A stretch of 51,046 nt of DNA, taken from contig JAWMAR010004428.1 in NCBI GenBank assembly GCA_036785375.1, forward strand, positions 1 to 51,046. The letters are read 5' to 3'. This stretch comes from Leucoraja ocellata (taxonomy: Eukaryota). Position numbers and translations under genes: made by a program. Positions 1 through 13,900 of the stretch are shown here, one piece after another; position 1 is the stretch's first letter, and the number at the start of each line of letters is the position of its first letter. The notes beneath the pieces are model-generated. The model did not search any database. It worked only from the letters and a program-made list of their open reading frames with translations, and was not told the origin of the DNA.

Positions 1-620
1 GTGCAAGTGGGAGAACTCTGCCGCACCTGGGAGAACTATCGGGGTCCTTGGACGGAGTCGACGAAGGAGATATAGACACAAAGGTTGCATCTCCCGCGGT
101 TGCAGGGGAAAGTACCTGGGGATGGGGTGGTTTGGGTGCGGAGGGATGGGTTAACCAGTGAGTTGCGGAGGGAACCGTCTCCGCGGAAGGCGGAAAGGGG
201 TGGGGACGGGAAGATGTGACTAGTGGTGGGATCCCGATGGAGGTGGCGCAAATATCGGAGGATTATGTGCTGTATGCGACGGGTGATGGAGTGAAAGGTG
301 AGGAGAACAGGAACTCTGTCCCTGTTACGACTCCCCCAGGCAGGGGGAGCAAGAGCACAGCTGTGGGATATCTAGACGACCCGTGTGAGGGCCTCATCTA
401 TGATAGAAGAGGGGAACCCCCTCCCCCTTGTTCTTTGAAGGAAGCAGGGTGGGTTGAAATGTCGTCTCGATAGCTTTGGGAGTCAGTAGGTTTATTATGG
501 ATGTCATTCTATAGTCTATACATCTTGTGATGGAGACGATGAGATCAATAAACGGAAGGGAGATATTGGAGATTGCCCAAGTGAATTTGAATGCAGGATG
601 GAAATTGGACGTGACGTTAA
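1..620 (-). mobile_element. Penelope-like element fragment (RT C-terminus and linker)
   Basis: NFHPAFKFTWAIS..LPFIDL and HLHRDPTTSHIFPSPPLSAFR..GTFPCNRGRCNLC (Cys linker before the GIY-YIG domain). Confidence 0.82.
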
Positions 621-1467
621 TGTTCAGGTGCATGGATATGATGAATTTAGAGAGACCACACGTAGACCGGTGTGACGCGTGTCGAGGGGGTATGTTGGTC
701 ATCGTGGGCAAATTGGGCCGATGGGTCTTGTGTCCACGCAGTAAAACTCCATGACTACGTCTGTAATCGTGTTGCACCAACTACGTCTTCACACCGTCAG
801 CGACATTCCCGTGGTATCGCGCACAATTAACTGCTCGCTAAACGAATATCCGACGCTCTTGCTGACGTCTGAGTGTACAAGAGTTTGTGCAGCAGCTTGG
901 AAGCTGGAGCCTGAAACTCATTTCACGGACAAAGACAAGTAGCGATACAGACATACATCCTGAATAGTGCATTCAAATGCATTTATGGAACATCCGAAAT
1001 ATCAGACAATATTATAAAATCCACCATGATAACAAATAGAAAATCACCATCTTCGGTTCTCCATTTTCATGTGGTTTGCACGCTACCCAGAATTGAAGTT
1101 CCGCAGTGACCCGCAGGTTCATCAGAACAAAGACAAATTGCTGGAAAAGTTCAGGCTTGGGATCGACCCGAAACATAACCAATTCCCCCGTAGATGTTGG
1201 CAATCTCAATTCAATTGGAAAGAAAAGGTAAAAAATAAGAAATAATGTATACAGTCCGTTTATTGTAAAATAAAACACAGCTTTCACTGTTATCCATTGA
1301 GGGCAGCAGTGCCAATATTACACTGTCTGGCATTTCTATAAATGCAGTTCCATATCGTGTGTGGATATTAGTTAATCTGAGCTCTGTCAGTACATTATTG
1401 TGTAAATTGTTGGTTAGATAATAGAGAACTGGAGCCCGAAAACAGTGTTAAGAAGATTTCCGAGAAT

Positions 1468-2790
1468 GCTCCCATGACTGGAAGGTCTGAGTATATGGAC
1501 AGGTTGGGCTGGCCAGGACTTCATTCCTTGGAGCGTAGCACAATGTGAGTTTACAGAGATGTATAATATATGAAAATTAGATGGCAGAGGTTGAAGGTGA
1601 GAGGGTAATATTACAACTTGACATGCTGGTCAACTATTCACACCGAGTCTGATGTGGACGAGCTGCCCGTGAAAGTTGTCACGGCACATACAATTACAGT
1701 ATTAAATAAAATGTTGACAGGTACATGGGTTTGAATGGTTTAGAGGAATATTGGCCGGACGTGCACACACATGGCGAGTTTAGATGTGTATCTTGGTCTG
1801 TATTGTTGACCTGGACATTCTTTTGCAATATTACTCTATGGATTAAACCATCACATCGCAGGAATATTACACCTTATACAAAAACAAACAGTAACTGCAG
1901 CAACTACAGTCTAGGACTATTACAGATCCAGAACAAGTTCCTGACGTTTACACTCATAAAGGATTTTTCCCTTTGCGAACTGACAGATAATCAGCAGAGG
2001 TGGCTGTTTGTTCAAAGTCACACAGTGAGGGTACAATTTAGCGAAAGCAGATGTTTCTGTTTTTATTTACACCGTGTATTATTCGATTAATAACACGATG
2101 AAAGTACTTCCAGAAACTATCAACGAATTCCTCGGATTCATCTCATGCAAAATCTACATAGAACTTGCAAAAGGCAAAGGTGAATCCTCATAAATACACG
2201 TCTATCGTCTTCTGTGGTCACATTGGCAATCCGCACATTTCAGCAGCTGCCTCATAACTTCACCACAAGACACAACCAGAAGAGGGCGCTCTAGGCCCTT
2301 CAAACGTTTTGGACCAAGCAGGAAGGTGAATTAAGGTGATCGCATTGATAACCAATTGATTTCTGATCAATGACTTTTAAATGACATGAGATTTCATCTT
2401 TTGTATAATCTCCTTTATTAAAATAGTTATTTTACGAACAAAGCACAAAAACATGGGACAATGCAGCACAAAAACTGACCTGTCGGCCCACACTTTCTGT
2501 GCCAAAACATGATGTCAGGCCAAACCCTTATCTGCCTGCACATAACCCATATCCCACCATTCCCCGCATATCCATGTGCCTATCCAAAAAGCACTTCACC
2601 GCCATTATCGTATTTGCCTCCACCAACACATATGACAGCCCGTTCCAAGCTCACCATCCTCCGTGTAAAAAAATACTCCTCCCTTAAAAATTGCCACTCT
2701 CATCTTCAAACTATGTCCTTAAGTCTGTGACATTTCCGCACTGAGGAAAAGGATCGGACGCTCCACCCTATCTAAGCCTCACATAGGTTT
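1468..2790. mobile_element. Two old CR1 3' fragments (~1468-1830 +, ~2425-2790 -)
   Basis: Decayed matches to the CR1 RT C-terminus and 3' UTR seen elsewhere in the window. Confidence 0.6.
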
Positions 2791-3119
2791 GCCTAACATA
2801 CGATCACAAACAACGGAGCGGTGTGTGGACAACAGATGGTGAGACACTTGTGGGGAGATATTCAAATTTAGCAGGGACTTTCATGGAGAAAACGTGAAAC
2901 TGGTCCCAGTGGGAGTTGAGCAAACAGAAGAAACAGATGTGAGGTGATTCCTAAAAAATCCAGAGGGGAGGCGAGATTTTCTTCACCCCCAGGGAGCGCT
3001 ATGTTCTGGAACTTGTTCACTGATAGTCCTGTGAATGGATAATTAACAAAGGCTCTCGAAAGAGCATTATCTACATGTTAATTTGATATAATGAAACAAA
3101 TTGAAGTATGGTCCAGCTG

Positions 3120-4060
3120 AGGCACAGGTGAGAGAGGGCAGAGAAACGGGGGTGTGGGGGAGAATGGTGAGCGAGTGGTAGTTACCTAATATTGGAAAAT
3201 TCAATGTTCATACCGCTGGGTTGGAAGCTACCCAAGCGAATGTGTGGGTTGTTTTTTCAGTTTGCATGACGCCTCACTCTGGCTATGGAGGAGGACCAGG
3301 ACAGAAACGTTTATGTTGGAACATGAAGGAGGTTAAAATGGTTAATCACCGCGAGATCCAGTAGGCCTTGGAGGATTGAGAGAAGTTGTCCGGAAAACTG
3401 TGGGCAAGACTCTGCTTGGTAAAGTTGATGTACAGGAGGTGGCATCGAGAACACCGGATACAGTAGGTGAGGTTAGAGGAGGTGCACTTGAACATCTGTA
3501 TTATCTGGGAGGACTGATGGGGTCCCTGGATGAAGGCAAGCGAGGAGATATAGGCACAGGTATTACATCTCCTGCGTTGCAGCGGAACGTACTTGGAGAG
3601 GGGCAGGTTTGGGTGGGGAGGGAGTGTGAATGGAGGTTGTGTGGAGGGAGAGGTCTCTGCGACCAGCAACATGGAGTGGAAATGGGATGATGTAACTGTG
3701 GAGAGAACGCATTGGAGGTGACGGAAATGTCGATGATGCGTTGGTTGCGGAGGCTGGTGGGGAGAAAGGGGAGAATCATGGGAACTCTAACCTGGTTCCA
3801 TCTGGAGGAAGAGGAGACGAGAACAGAAATACGGACTACGAAGGAGACGCCGATGAGGAATCCATGACAGCACGTGTAGGGAAGGGGGAGGGTGTGGACA
3901 ATTACCACATCTTGGATGCCCTAGAATGGAAAGGCTCATCTTGGGAGCAGATGCGACTGAGACGGAGGAATTGAGAGCAGGAGCTGGCGTCTTTGACAGT
4001 GGTGGAGTGGGAGGAAATGTGGAATAGATTACTGTGGGAGTCAGCATGTTTGCAGAACAC
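3120..4060 (-). mobile_element. Penelope-like element fragment with GIY-YIG endonuclease
   Basis: RRRCNTCAYISS..FKCTSSNLTYCIRCSRCHLLYI; similar to the copy at 1-620. Confidence 0.85.
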
Positions 4061-4598
4061 ATACTTTTGGCCTTATTTTACTCTCCCTATATGATCACTT
4101 GGTTACCGGTTTCATGATTTCCCAATTATCCCCTTGATGCCTATTTCCATGTACTTACTGATGAGAATTGGATTTTGCAAATTCAAAGTAAATCGTATAA
4201 TCTGACTTATTATCCAATGTACATTTATCACCCTGGTCTTGATGATGTTTCCCGCTCATTACTAAGCTTTCACAATTAGACTTATGTTCTGCAATGTCTA
4301 GCCTGTGTCTTTAGCTCACATCTTGAGACCACGGGCAATCAACGTGGTGCTTTGTTTTAGTGTCTATGGGATTTGTATGTATGCTCGGACAAAATATGAA
4401 CACATTAATATCGAATTCCACCTGAAGTATTTATTATGCTTGTTCAATTCTTACATTGAGCGAGATTGAAACAGTTCATTGCGACACCAAAGCAAGGTAA
4501 AGCATGATAAGAACAAAGTAACATTCATTTTAACCTGCACAATCTTAAGCATTTACGTGGAATGGATAAAAACGCTTACAAATTAAAATTAACACGCG

Positions 4599-4604
4599 TT
4601 TATT
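4599..4604 (-). terminator. Probable polyadenylation signal of the SRCR gene
   Basis: tttatt on + (AATAAA on -) downstream of the stop, followed by T/GT-rich sequence. Confidence 0.6.
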
Positions 4605-4866
4605 GATTAGGAAAAAAAAGATCTTTCTTCCAGAAGAAGAATGACGATTAAATATGTTTTTCTACACCTGTCCAGAGTGCAGAGGAACATGTTTTCTTCC
4701 AAGGTTTAGGGCAAAAAATCAAACCAAGTGGTTTAAAATGAAGTCAAAGATTCTGCTTGTGATAAGTTGGTGAGTGATATCAATGCTGTGAAGATCGGCT
4801 TGTCGATCTTGCAGGAAGGGTGAAAGGCACGTGCTGTCTGATGAAACGCCGAGCGTTTGCACCATT

Positions 4867-4907
4867 TTAAGCCAGGCTTTGGAAACAAGGTATCATGCTA
4901 GATTCAC
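4867..4907 (-). CDS. Exon 16 coding part, [13 protein letters not shown]
   Basis: Strong acceptor TTTGTTTTCTTTCCCAG, TAA at 4867-4869, AATAAA ~260 nt downstream. Confidence 0.72.
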
Positions 4908-7900
4908 CTGGGAAAGAAAACAAAGCAAATATTATTGGGCCAGCTAAAATCAAGATTTAACATGAATTAAAAAATGATTTTCGTAATATTCGAGTCATGG
5001 AGTCATACAGCCCTGAAACAAGATGTTTGACTTAACTTGTCAATTCCAACCACAGATCCCACCTTAGCTGCTCCCACGTTTGGCTCATATCCATTTAACC
5101 TAACCTGCCCATGTACCTGTCCAAGTATTGTTTAGAAGCGGTTACATTGCCAGTCTCAACTACCTCCAGCTCGTTCCACGTATCGTCAACCATCTGAAAT
5201 AAAAGTTTGCCCTGTCACCTTAAATCTACCACTCTCCCCTTAAACCTATGTACAGTAATTCTTGATATCCTATCTCTAGCTAAAAGGCACTGTACATCTG
5301 CCCTATCCGGGTCCCTTCATCATCTTATACACCTCTATTAGATAACCCGCAGCCTCGTACGCTCCAAGGAACAATGCCCTAATCTGGCCAGCCTTTCCCT
5401 TGATCTCAGCCGCTCAATCTTGGCAATACCCGTGCAAATCGTCTCTGCTCTCTTTTCAATTTAATGACATGCTTCGTGTAGCAGGTCGACCAAAAATTGG
5501 ACGGCGTGGGGGCCGTGCAACAGAATAGCCAGCAGTGCGGTTTTTATGTACAACAATTCTTTTTTTTGGTAAAAAGGGGATTTTGTGTGCGGTGACTAGA
5601 ACCCGTGTATGTTGGAGGCTCCACACCCCCCCCCCCCCCCCCCCCCCCCATCCCCCATATGGTTCACATTGCAGTTGTGAATGACACGTTGTTCGAGTAA
5701 GAACAAAACCGTCCGTGGGCAACTTTCTCTGAACATTTCTTTTCTTTTAGCAAATAATATTTAAAGCAGGAAAGTGAATATAAAACAACGCAGTGGGTGG
5801 AATATTTAGCTGAGGATTGGTGATTCTGGCATGTCAGAGACTGACTCACCACCAATGTCCACGTCACCGCCGGCAACTGTTAGCATCAGAAGGTCATCGG
5901 CGCCACCGTCCGTCGGGAACTGACCGCCCGGACAATCAATGGCTTTACTCTCAGGATCGTCATGGTCACCAGGAACTAGATCTAGGAGGAAGTATAAACC
6001 GGAATGATCTTCCTGAAAATCTAAATTGTTTTGAAAGCTGCAGGGGATAGGAAATATACACAGAATATTGGAGTAACTCAGCGGGACAGGCAGCATCTCT
6101 GGATAGAAGTAACGGGTGACGTTTAGAGTCGAGACCCTTCTTCAGACTGAGATGTTGTTGTGTAATTGGTATCTGGACAGAGAGAGGACTGTGTTGGGCC
6201 TGTGAACTATTTAACGTTGCTCCAATGCGGCGCTATAATTGGTGTTATAGTTCAAGTCCTATCCACATTGAGAATATAAACACACAATGAATGTTTCATT
6301 CAATTACACAGCTGGCGGTCGAGAGGTTTATCTTCAAAGTCAAATTGGTGATGTTTTAAATAAAAACCCCTTACAGGTCCCTGAGATCGCCTCTCTACCA
6401 ATTCACAGCGAACATGCTTTTACACCTTTTCCCTGATAAGTTCTGATTACGAACAAAATGAATTAAAATAGGAGAAAATGGGGAAGCAAAACATGCACCA
6501 ACCTCGAACACTGGAGGAGGTTCCTTCAGGGAGTTCGCTTGTTGAATGAGCACAACCCAGAGGGTCACTGGTGTAATATTCTATTTGATTCATGGAATCA
6601 ATGGATCCAGAGACTAGAAGTCAACGACAGAGATAGTTATTAGACATCGGGCTAAATTGGGCATTGGAGCAGAAGACACACATTATTCTGTTTCTGATAT
6701 CTGTTCGTTTCCATTCGAAATATTGCTGACATATTAAAACAAAACAAAAGCACATTCGGTAAATATCATGAACATGTCAGTCACCAGGTGTGGAGAAGAA
6801 GCAAATATCCTTCACAGAGCTCATCATTTCCGGTATCTACCCACCAGAGCCTGGAAACAGAGCCATAAACAGGACGGTGCTAATGGGAGTTTGTCTTCCA
6901 ACTCCTTTTGTCCCATTGTTTAACCTCGTTGCTTAAATGTCCCTCGACCTCATTGCCAATCGTGTCTACTTACATCTGCACACCTCAGATGCTCCCCACA
7001 ACTTTTACACCTTCCAATCTGTGTGGCTCACTACTCCTCATGTGTTCCATCCAGGAACAGTCCCTTCCCATCACGAAGGTTTCTGGACAATTGCTTTCGT
7101 CCCAGAGCAGTGACCCAACGACTTCAATGCAGCTAACTGTCTCCTCTGCCTGGTGGAACTTATCTTCTTTGGATGCGCTCGAGTTCTACAAATCAAATGA
7201 GTAGCCATGGACAATCTCATGGGCCCCATCTAATCATGTCCATCTATAGGCTTCATTCAACACACTTTTTTTGGAAAAGCACCCTGGCCATGGATTTGAG
7301 GCTGACTCCAGAATGGTGCAGATTCCTTGACTCGATCTATCTTCACAAGATCCACCTTGTACATCCCCCTCCCACTAACCACAGGTGATGCAACACCTAG
7401 TATTACACCTGCTCCTTTATCTCCATTCATGGACCTAAACGCCAGTCTCCATTATTCCATTCCATGCTCTCGATGTACCCTCCTTTACCCACGTGATGCC
7501 AAATGCAGACGAGGCAACCAGATTGTGTCCGCCAGGGACAGCTGGATTTCAATTCCATTCCTCATTCCCATTCGCCCTCTCTGTTCTCTGCCTCTTACAT
7601 TGCCAGATTGAGTTTACATGCAAGCTGGAAGAGCAGCACTTCAGGTAACGCTGACAATCCAATGGTGTAAATATTTAATTCTCCAATTGTCACCCCACTT
7701 CTCTCTCCTGATAATCAACCCTGACTCTCTCAAACACAACATTCTCTCCACTGAGTCTGTCCCTCGCTTCCCATTTCCTGTCCTCATCTCCACCATCTCC
7801 ATCAGCTCATAACCGATCCCTACCTGCACAGGGTCCACAATTTCCATCCCATTTTTCCCACCTACCCACCATTATTCCCAAGGTTTCTATATTTCATTTG

Positions 7901-10900
7901 TTTACTTTTATTTTCTTATCAGATTCCACCATCTGGAGCTCCTTGTCCTCCCTACAATCACCTCCAACCGTTGTGGTCACCTCCACTCTTCATCCGTCTC
8001 CACAAATGGATGTGTCTACAATTCCACCCCTCGTTGCATACATCCACCTGTCATCTACCAGAAACTTGTGCAGCATTTCCTCTCACCACTTTCTATCAAC
8101 CATCTCCGCTCTACTCCAGACATGAAGAAGGGTACGGACACAAACGGTCATCTGTACATTTTCCTTCATAGATTCTGCCCGACCCACTGCGTTGCTCCAA
8201 CAGTTTGCTTGTGTCCGATGTATCTGTTACAATGTTTTTATTTTTAATCAATGACCACTAATTGGAGTGGAGGGGACATTTATCGATGTAGAGCGACTGT
8301 CGAGTGCAAATACTCACTTGAATCATCCATCTGACTGAACTTGTTTCCAGGAAGAGTACCATCAATCTCTTCATAAATTGCTTCGTAAAAGCCAAATCCT
8401 CTGGCTCTCAACTCTGCATCTGTTTAAAGGAGAGTGTGGGTTAACTTGTGGATTTACAGCAATAGTATTTAACAGTTAGTATTTTGCGTATAACATGTAA
8501 ACATTATGCATTGATGCTATTCAAGGTAAAATGTTGATGAGCGTTACCATTGAAGAATTACGCTAGAGGTCTAACGGCTTCTTGCAGAAATTAGCGAATT
8601 CTACGAACATCAAGAAGATCACGGCTAGTGTGCATTAGTAGGAAGCAATTCCTCATTTCTGTTCCGCCACGACAATGGTGTTCAAAGCCTGATTGCATTC
8701 CCAAATACAAAGGGATGGTACAAGTGTGGGTGTGGGTGATCAGGAGTTGAAATTTCCACAGGTTTGTCAATTTAGGAAATGGAAGACAGATTGTGTTGCA
8801 TCAAATAAATGGAAGGAGATGGGGAATAAAGCATTGCAGGAGCATAGAATGTGAGGAAAGAGCAAGCTTGAGATGTGGTGGATAGAATCTAATCAGAATG
8901 TTCGCATTCAACAGGATGTTGAATGGAATGTTCTTCTTCTTCTTGCGTATGGCGTGCACAGCCTAAAGTTGTCGGACAACTTGTTCTATTTGATCTTATA
9001 TGATTGTGCACGCCAGGTTGATTGCATTCGTCGATACAGGGCGGACAGAGTGAAGGTTGCAATCTCCCGCCCCAATGGAATGTTGAATATCAGTCACGTG
9101 AACAATAGATGGAGGAACCCAAACAATAATCACATTTAACATTCCATGCTATTACGACAAATTGCTCTTTCCAATAGGAACCATGGAATACCTACACGAT
9201 GCTGCACAGTTGCATTTGTTGCTCAAAATGCAAGAAAGATAAGAGCACATGGAAAAGCGAATGAAAGTCTCTTCACGCTATGAAATATTGTCTGGAATAA
9301 TAACGCTGTAACGTTGAACCTCACCTCTTCTTGCTGATTGCCTCCGAGCTATTATCACCAGTGCGACAAATTCAGCGATGAGTAGGATTCCCAGAGTTGT
9401 GCAAACCACAACAGCCGTGGAGGGCGGCTTCTTTCTCAACTCTGAAATTGAAATCCCTGGATAAACGGAAAACAGAAGCAGTTGGTCCAAACTGAAAACA
9501 TTTCTAGGGGCAATTGATGAATTTTAACCGCTGGTTGTGCATCTTGCTTTGCTAGAGATGTTTCCCAAAATCCGGTCATACATTGCACCAGAAGAATGGC
9601 TGAGCAGAAAACAATAAAAAGCTCAAGTCTCTATTGTATTGTGCGGAGTGGTATAAATAGAGATATACTAGAATGTCCTGATTCCTCACTAGTGACGCTC
9701 TGTATCCAGACAACAGCTGCAATGTTATATTCAGGCATAATGTGCATCCACACTGCTTGCCCCAGACTTCAATGAATAAGACCATTTGGCCCATCAAGTC
9801 CACTCCGCCCTCCAATCATGGCCGATCTATCTTTCCCTCTTGAACCCATTCACCTGCCTTCGCCCCATAAGCCCGGCCACCCTTTCGGCAACATCTTGCG
9901 AAAGAGCAAGCACTGTTTTCACTGACTCGACATGCCACCGAACAGAGGAACACTCACAAATAAATTCTTCCAAATTTCACAAATTATCTTGGTTCCTACA
10001 CATAATAACAGTTAATTAACAGCCATTAATCAAAGGTCAGTAATCCTCACTGAATAGTGCAATATGGTTCCTATTACCAACACTTCCTGAGGAGAAAATA
10101 CTGCAATGAGTCCAATATCCTGTCTTGTCACAGAGATATCTGTCTGGAGCTGGACATCTGGACAGCAGTATAATATAGATAAATGTGAGGTTATCCACTT
10201 TGGCCGCAAAAACAAGGGGGCAGATTATTATCTCAATGGAGTTAGGTTACGTAAGGGGGAGGTGCAACGAGACCTTGGCGTCCTTGTACACTGGTCACTG
10301 AAAGTTGGCTTACAGGTACAGCAGGCAGTGAAGAAAGCTAATGCAATGTTGGCCTTCATAACAAGAGGATTTCAGTACAGGAGTTAAGAGGTTCGTCTGC
10401 AGTTGTATAGGGCTCTGGTGAGACCACATCTGGAGTATTGTGTACAGTTTGGGTCTCTTAATTTGAGGAAGGACATCCTTGTGATTGAGGTAGTGCAGCG
10501 TAGGTTCACGAGATTGATCCTTGGGATGGCGGGACTGTCAAATGAGGAAAGAATGAAAAGACTAGGCTTGTATTCACTGTAGTTTAGAAGGATGAGGGGG
10601 TTCTTATAGAAACATATAAAATTATAAAAAGGAATAGACAAGCTAGATACAGGAAAAATGTTCCCAATGTTGGGCGAGTCCAGAACCAGGGGCCACAGTC
10701 TTAGAATAAAGGAGAGGTCATTTAAGACTGAGGTGAGAAAAAACTGTTTCACCCAGAGAGATGTGAATTTATGGAATTCCCTGCCACAGAGGGCAGTGGA
10801 GGCCAAATCACTGGATGGATTTAAGAGAGAGTTAGATAGAGCTCTAGGGGCTAGTGGCGTCAAAGGATATGGGGAGAAGGTACGCACGGGTTATTGATAG

Positions 10901-13900
10901 GGGGCGATCAGCCATGATCACAATGAATGGCGGTGCTGGTTCGAAGGGCCGAATGGCCTCCTGCTACAACTATTTTCTATGTTTCTATGATTTTTTAGAA
11001 TTTTGCTAGTCTCAGCAATTAGCAAACAGTAGCAAGCGAATATCAGCACAGTCAGCATAGTGTGTAAGTGTAATGGTCAACATGGCATGAATAACAAATA
11101 CCTGAAGTGCAGGAGCCAGAGGGAATCAAAACTGGACGTGGACATTGTAAAGAGTTTTTAACAACGACATCTCTTTAAATTTTCAATTAAAAACACTCAG
11201 ATATTTTATTTATTAAATTGAAGGGGTGTAGAGATTGAGGAATATGCCGAACGACACATACCAGAACAGGTGACATATACATCTTCCTTGTGATCACAGT
11301 CATGTTGACCGAGCGGTGAAGACGGACAACGGGACAGGAATGATTCCCTTCCCGTGCATTTCACTTCATCCAGCCAGATATCACCTGAGGCCGGCGCAAT
11401 GGTCGCCGCTCCTGGAGTCCAAAGAGCAGAGCCACAGCCCAACTGTCTGCAGACGACATTGGCATCGGCGAGACCCCAGGAGTCATCACACACCGTCCCC
11501 CAGCGGTTATTGAATAATATTTCAACCCTTCCTGAGCAATTCTTGCTGCCGCCATCAACCCGCAGTTGTAGATCTAAGTGAAGTTAAATTAAATACTCAG
11601 TTAAAGATACGTGAGTGCTGAAGTAACTCAACGGGTCAGACAGCATCTCTGCATGACGTGTGCAGTGACGTTTCGGATCGGGACCCATCTTTAGACTAAT
11701 TCTAGTAAGAGGGAGGGGAAGAGGCTGTAACAGAGATGAAGGCGGGTCTAATCTAGGCAAGTGATAGGTGGATTCAGGTGTGGGGGTGTTCATTGACAGA
11801 TGGGTGCACAAAGGTTAGATATGAAAAGAGGACAAAAGGCTGTAATATAAGGAATGACGAGGATGAAATATGAATCCAGAGGAAGGGATAAAGGTGGAAA
11901 CGGACGGATAGGGTTGTGTGGGGGGGGGGGGGGGGGGGGGGGGTGGAAGGGAATGTGGGTGGTATATTTCATGTGAAGGAGCGAAGAATGAGTTTGGGGA
12001 ATGATGCCAGTGCACGTTTGGAAGAAGGACTGTTCACAATACTTGAATCAAAAGGCAGACATAGCTGGGATCCATGCTAGGACCCATGGCTACACGTTTA
12101 ACGAGAAGATCGTGAGAGAAGTCTAAAGAGAAGTTGTTGAGGGTTCTCAGCTATTTGTTGATCACTCATTCATCAAACATCCGGGGTTGACGTCACGCTG
12201 ACGGTGTAAGTAGTAGAATGACTCGCCTGGTAAACGGCGAGATTTAGATTCATTTCCTCCGTCGCAGTCTTTCCCGCGGGTTGTCTCCGGCATTTCAGCA
12301 TCTGTTGAGAACAGTGAAATGTTGATGGATTTACGCGCGTGTTTAATCTGCCTTCGTATGCTGACTTTCCTGTGTTACCTTTACATGAAACGCCTGCATC
12401 CTCCCTGTGGTCACAGTTGTGTTTCCCCCACGGGTCAAACTGGCACTGCCAAAGGGCTGACTCGTACGAGTTACATTTCATCTCATCGATCCATATGGGC
12501 CCAGAACCTTGTCCATATATCCATGCGCGATATTCAATATATGCGAGGGGTCCACATTCTAATTGTTTACAGATCACTTCCGCCTCCACACTATAGAGCT
12601 TCTCGGAGCACACTGTTCCCCATGTCCCGTTGTACCACACTTCCACTCTCCCTTCACACCGCCGGCCTCCGTTCACCAGGCGCATCTCTTTGTGTTCTGT
12701 GAAGGGAACAGGAGGTATACAGGTCATCATAATGTATCCATCCCGCAGATAGCAACAAAGAGGCATGAGAAAGATCTGATTCCCATTCTAAGCTACAGAG
12801 AATCAGCAGACCGAACGTATCCTTACTAGAACACTTCACTGTCACATCTTCCTTATGACTGCAATCGTGCCGACCCCACGGTGCGGAGGGACAGTTCCAG
12901 AGGTATGATTCGTTACCCGAGCATCTTACTTCATCCAACCAAATTTGGCCTTTACTTTGTCCACAGAATCCCGGAATTTTATCTTCCACAGCATATCCGC
13001 AACCTAGCTGCCCGCAGACCACGTTAGCGTCATCTAGATCCCAGGAGTCATCACAAACTGTGCCCCAAGACCCATTGTAATAAATCTCCACTCGTCCAGC
13101 ACATGTACTTCCACCCCCAGACAGCCGTAATTGGAGATGGTCTGTTGAACAATTACAAGGGAGTTAATCACACAATTGCAATGTACACCCAGTCACCCCA
13201 CCTTCGGCCGCGCCTTCTATGCTATCCCTCGGAAAGATACCCTGTGTTGTTCCACACCACATGGAAGTGTTTCTTGTCCAGACTTCTCTCACACACGGCC
13301 CCTCACACCCACCATCGCCTGCTCCTGGACCTGATGGTTTCTTCTGCTGACTGGAAATGGAGAGGGCCCATAGTTATACGTGGACAATCTCTATACGTGG
13401 ACAACCTCCCACTTTATACCCAGGTCCTGGGTGGATAATGGTGCAAAAGTGCTGCTATGTATTTTGTTTTAGTAGATAATAGACAATAGGTGCCGGAGTG
13501 GGCCATTCGGCCCTTCGAGCCAGCACCACCATTCACTGTGATCATGGCTGATCATCCACATTCAGTGCCCCGTTTCCGCCTTCTCCCCCATATCCCCTGA
13601 CTCCGCTATCTTTAAGAGCCCTATCTCACTTGCTTGGCAGTCTCCTGGGAGCTAACTCTTCAGCGGCGCAGATGGTAATGCTGTGGTCTCACACTACCTG
13701 AGACTCCGGTTCGATCCTGACCTCAGGTGCTGTATGTGGGGAGATGACACGTTTGCACACGTGACCACGTGAGTTACGTCCAGATCCAAAGGTGCGTTTG
13801 CAGGTTAAATGGCCTCCGTTAAATTTCCCCCAGTGTCAAGGAAGTTTATGAGACTGGGATAATATAGAACCAATGGGTAATCAGTCTTCGGGGTGGACTC

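Noticed and set aside
1012-1287. Hydrophobic minus-strand ORF as the leader of a neighbouring paralog
   Set aside because: It ends in a stop without a convincing donor, and no downstream exon lies in the window.
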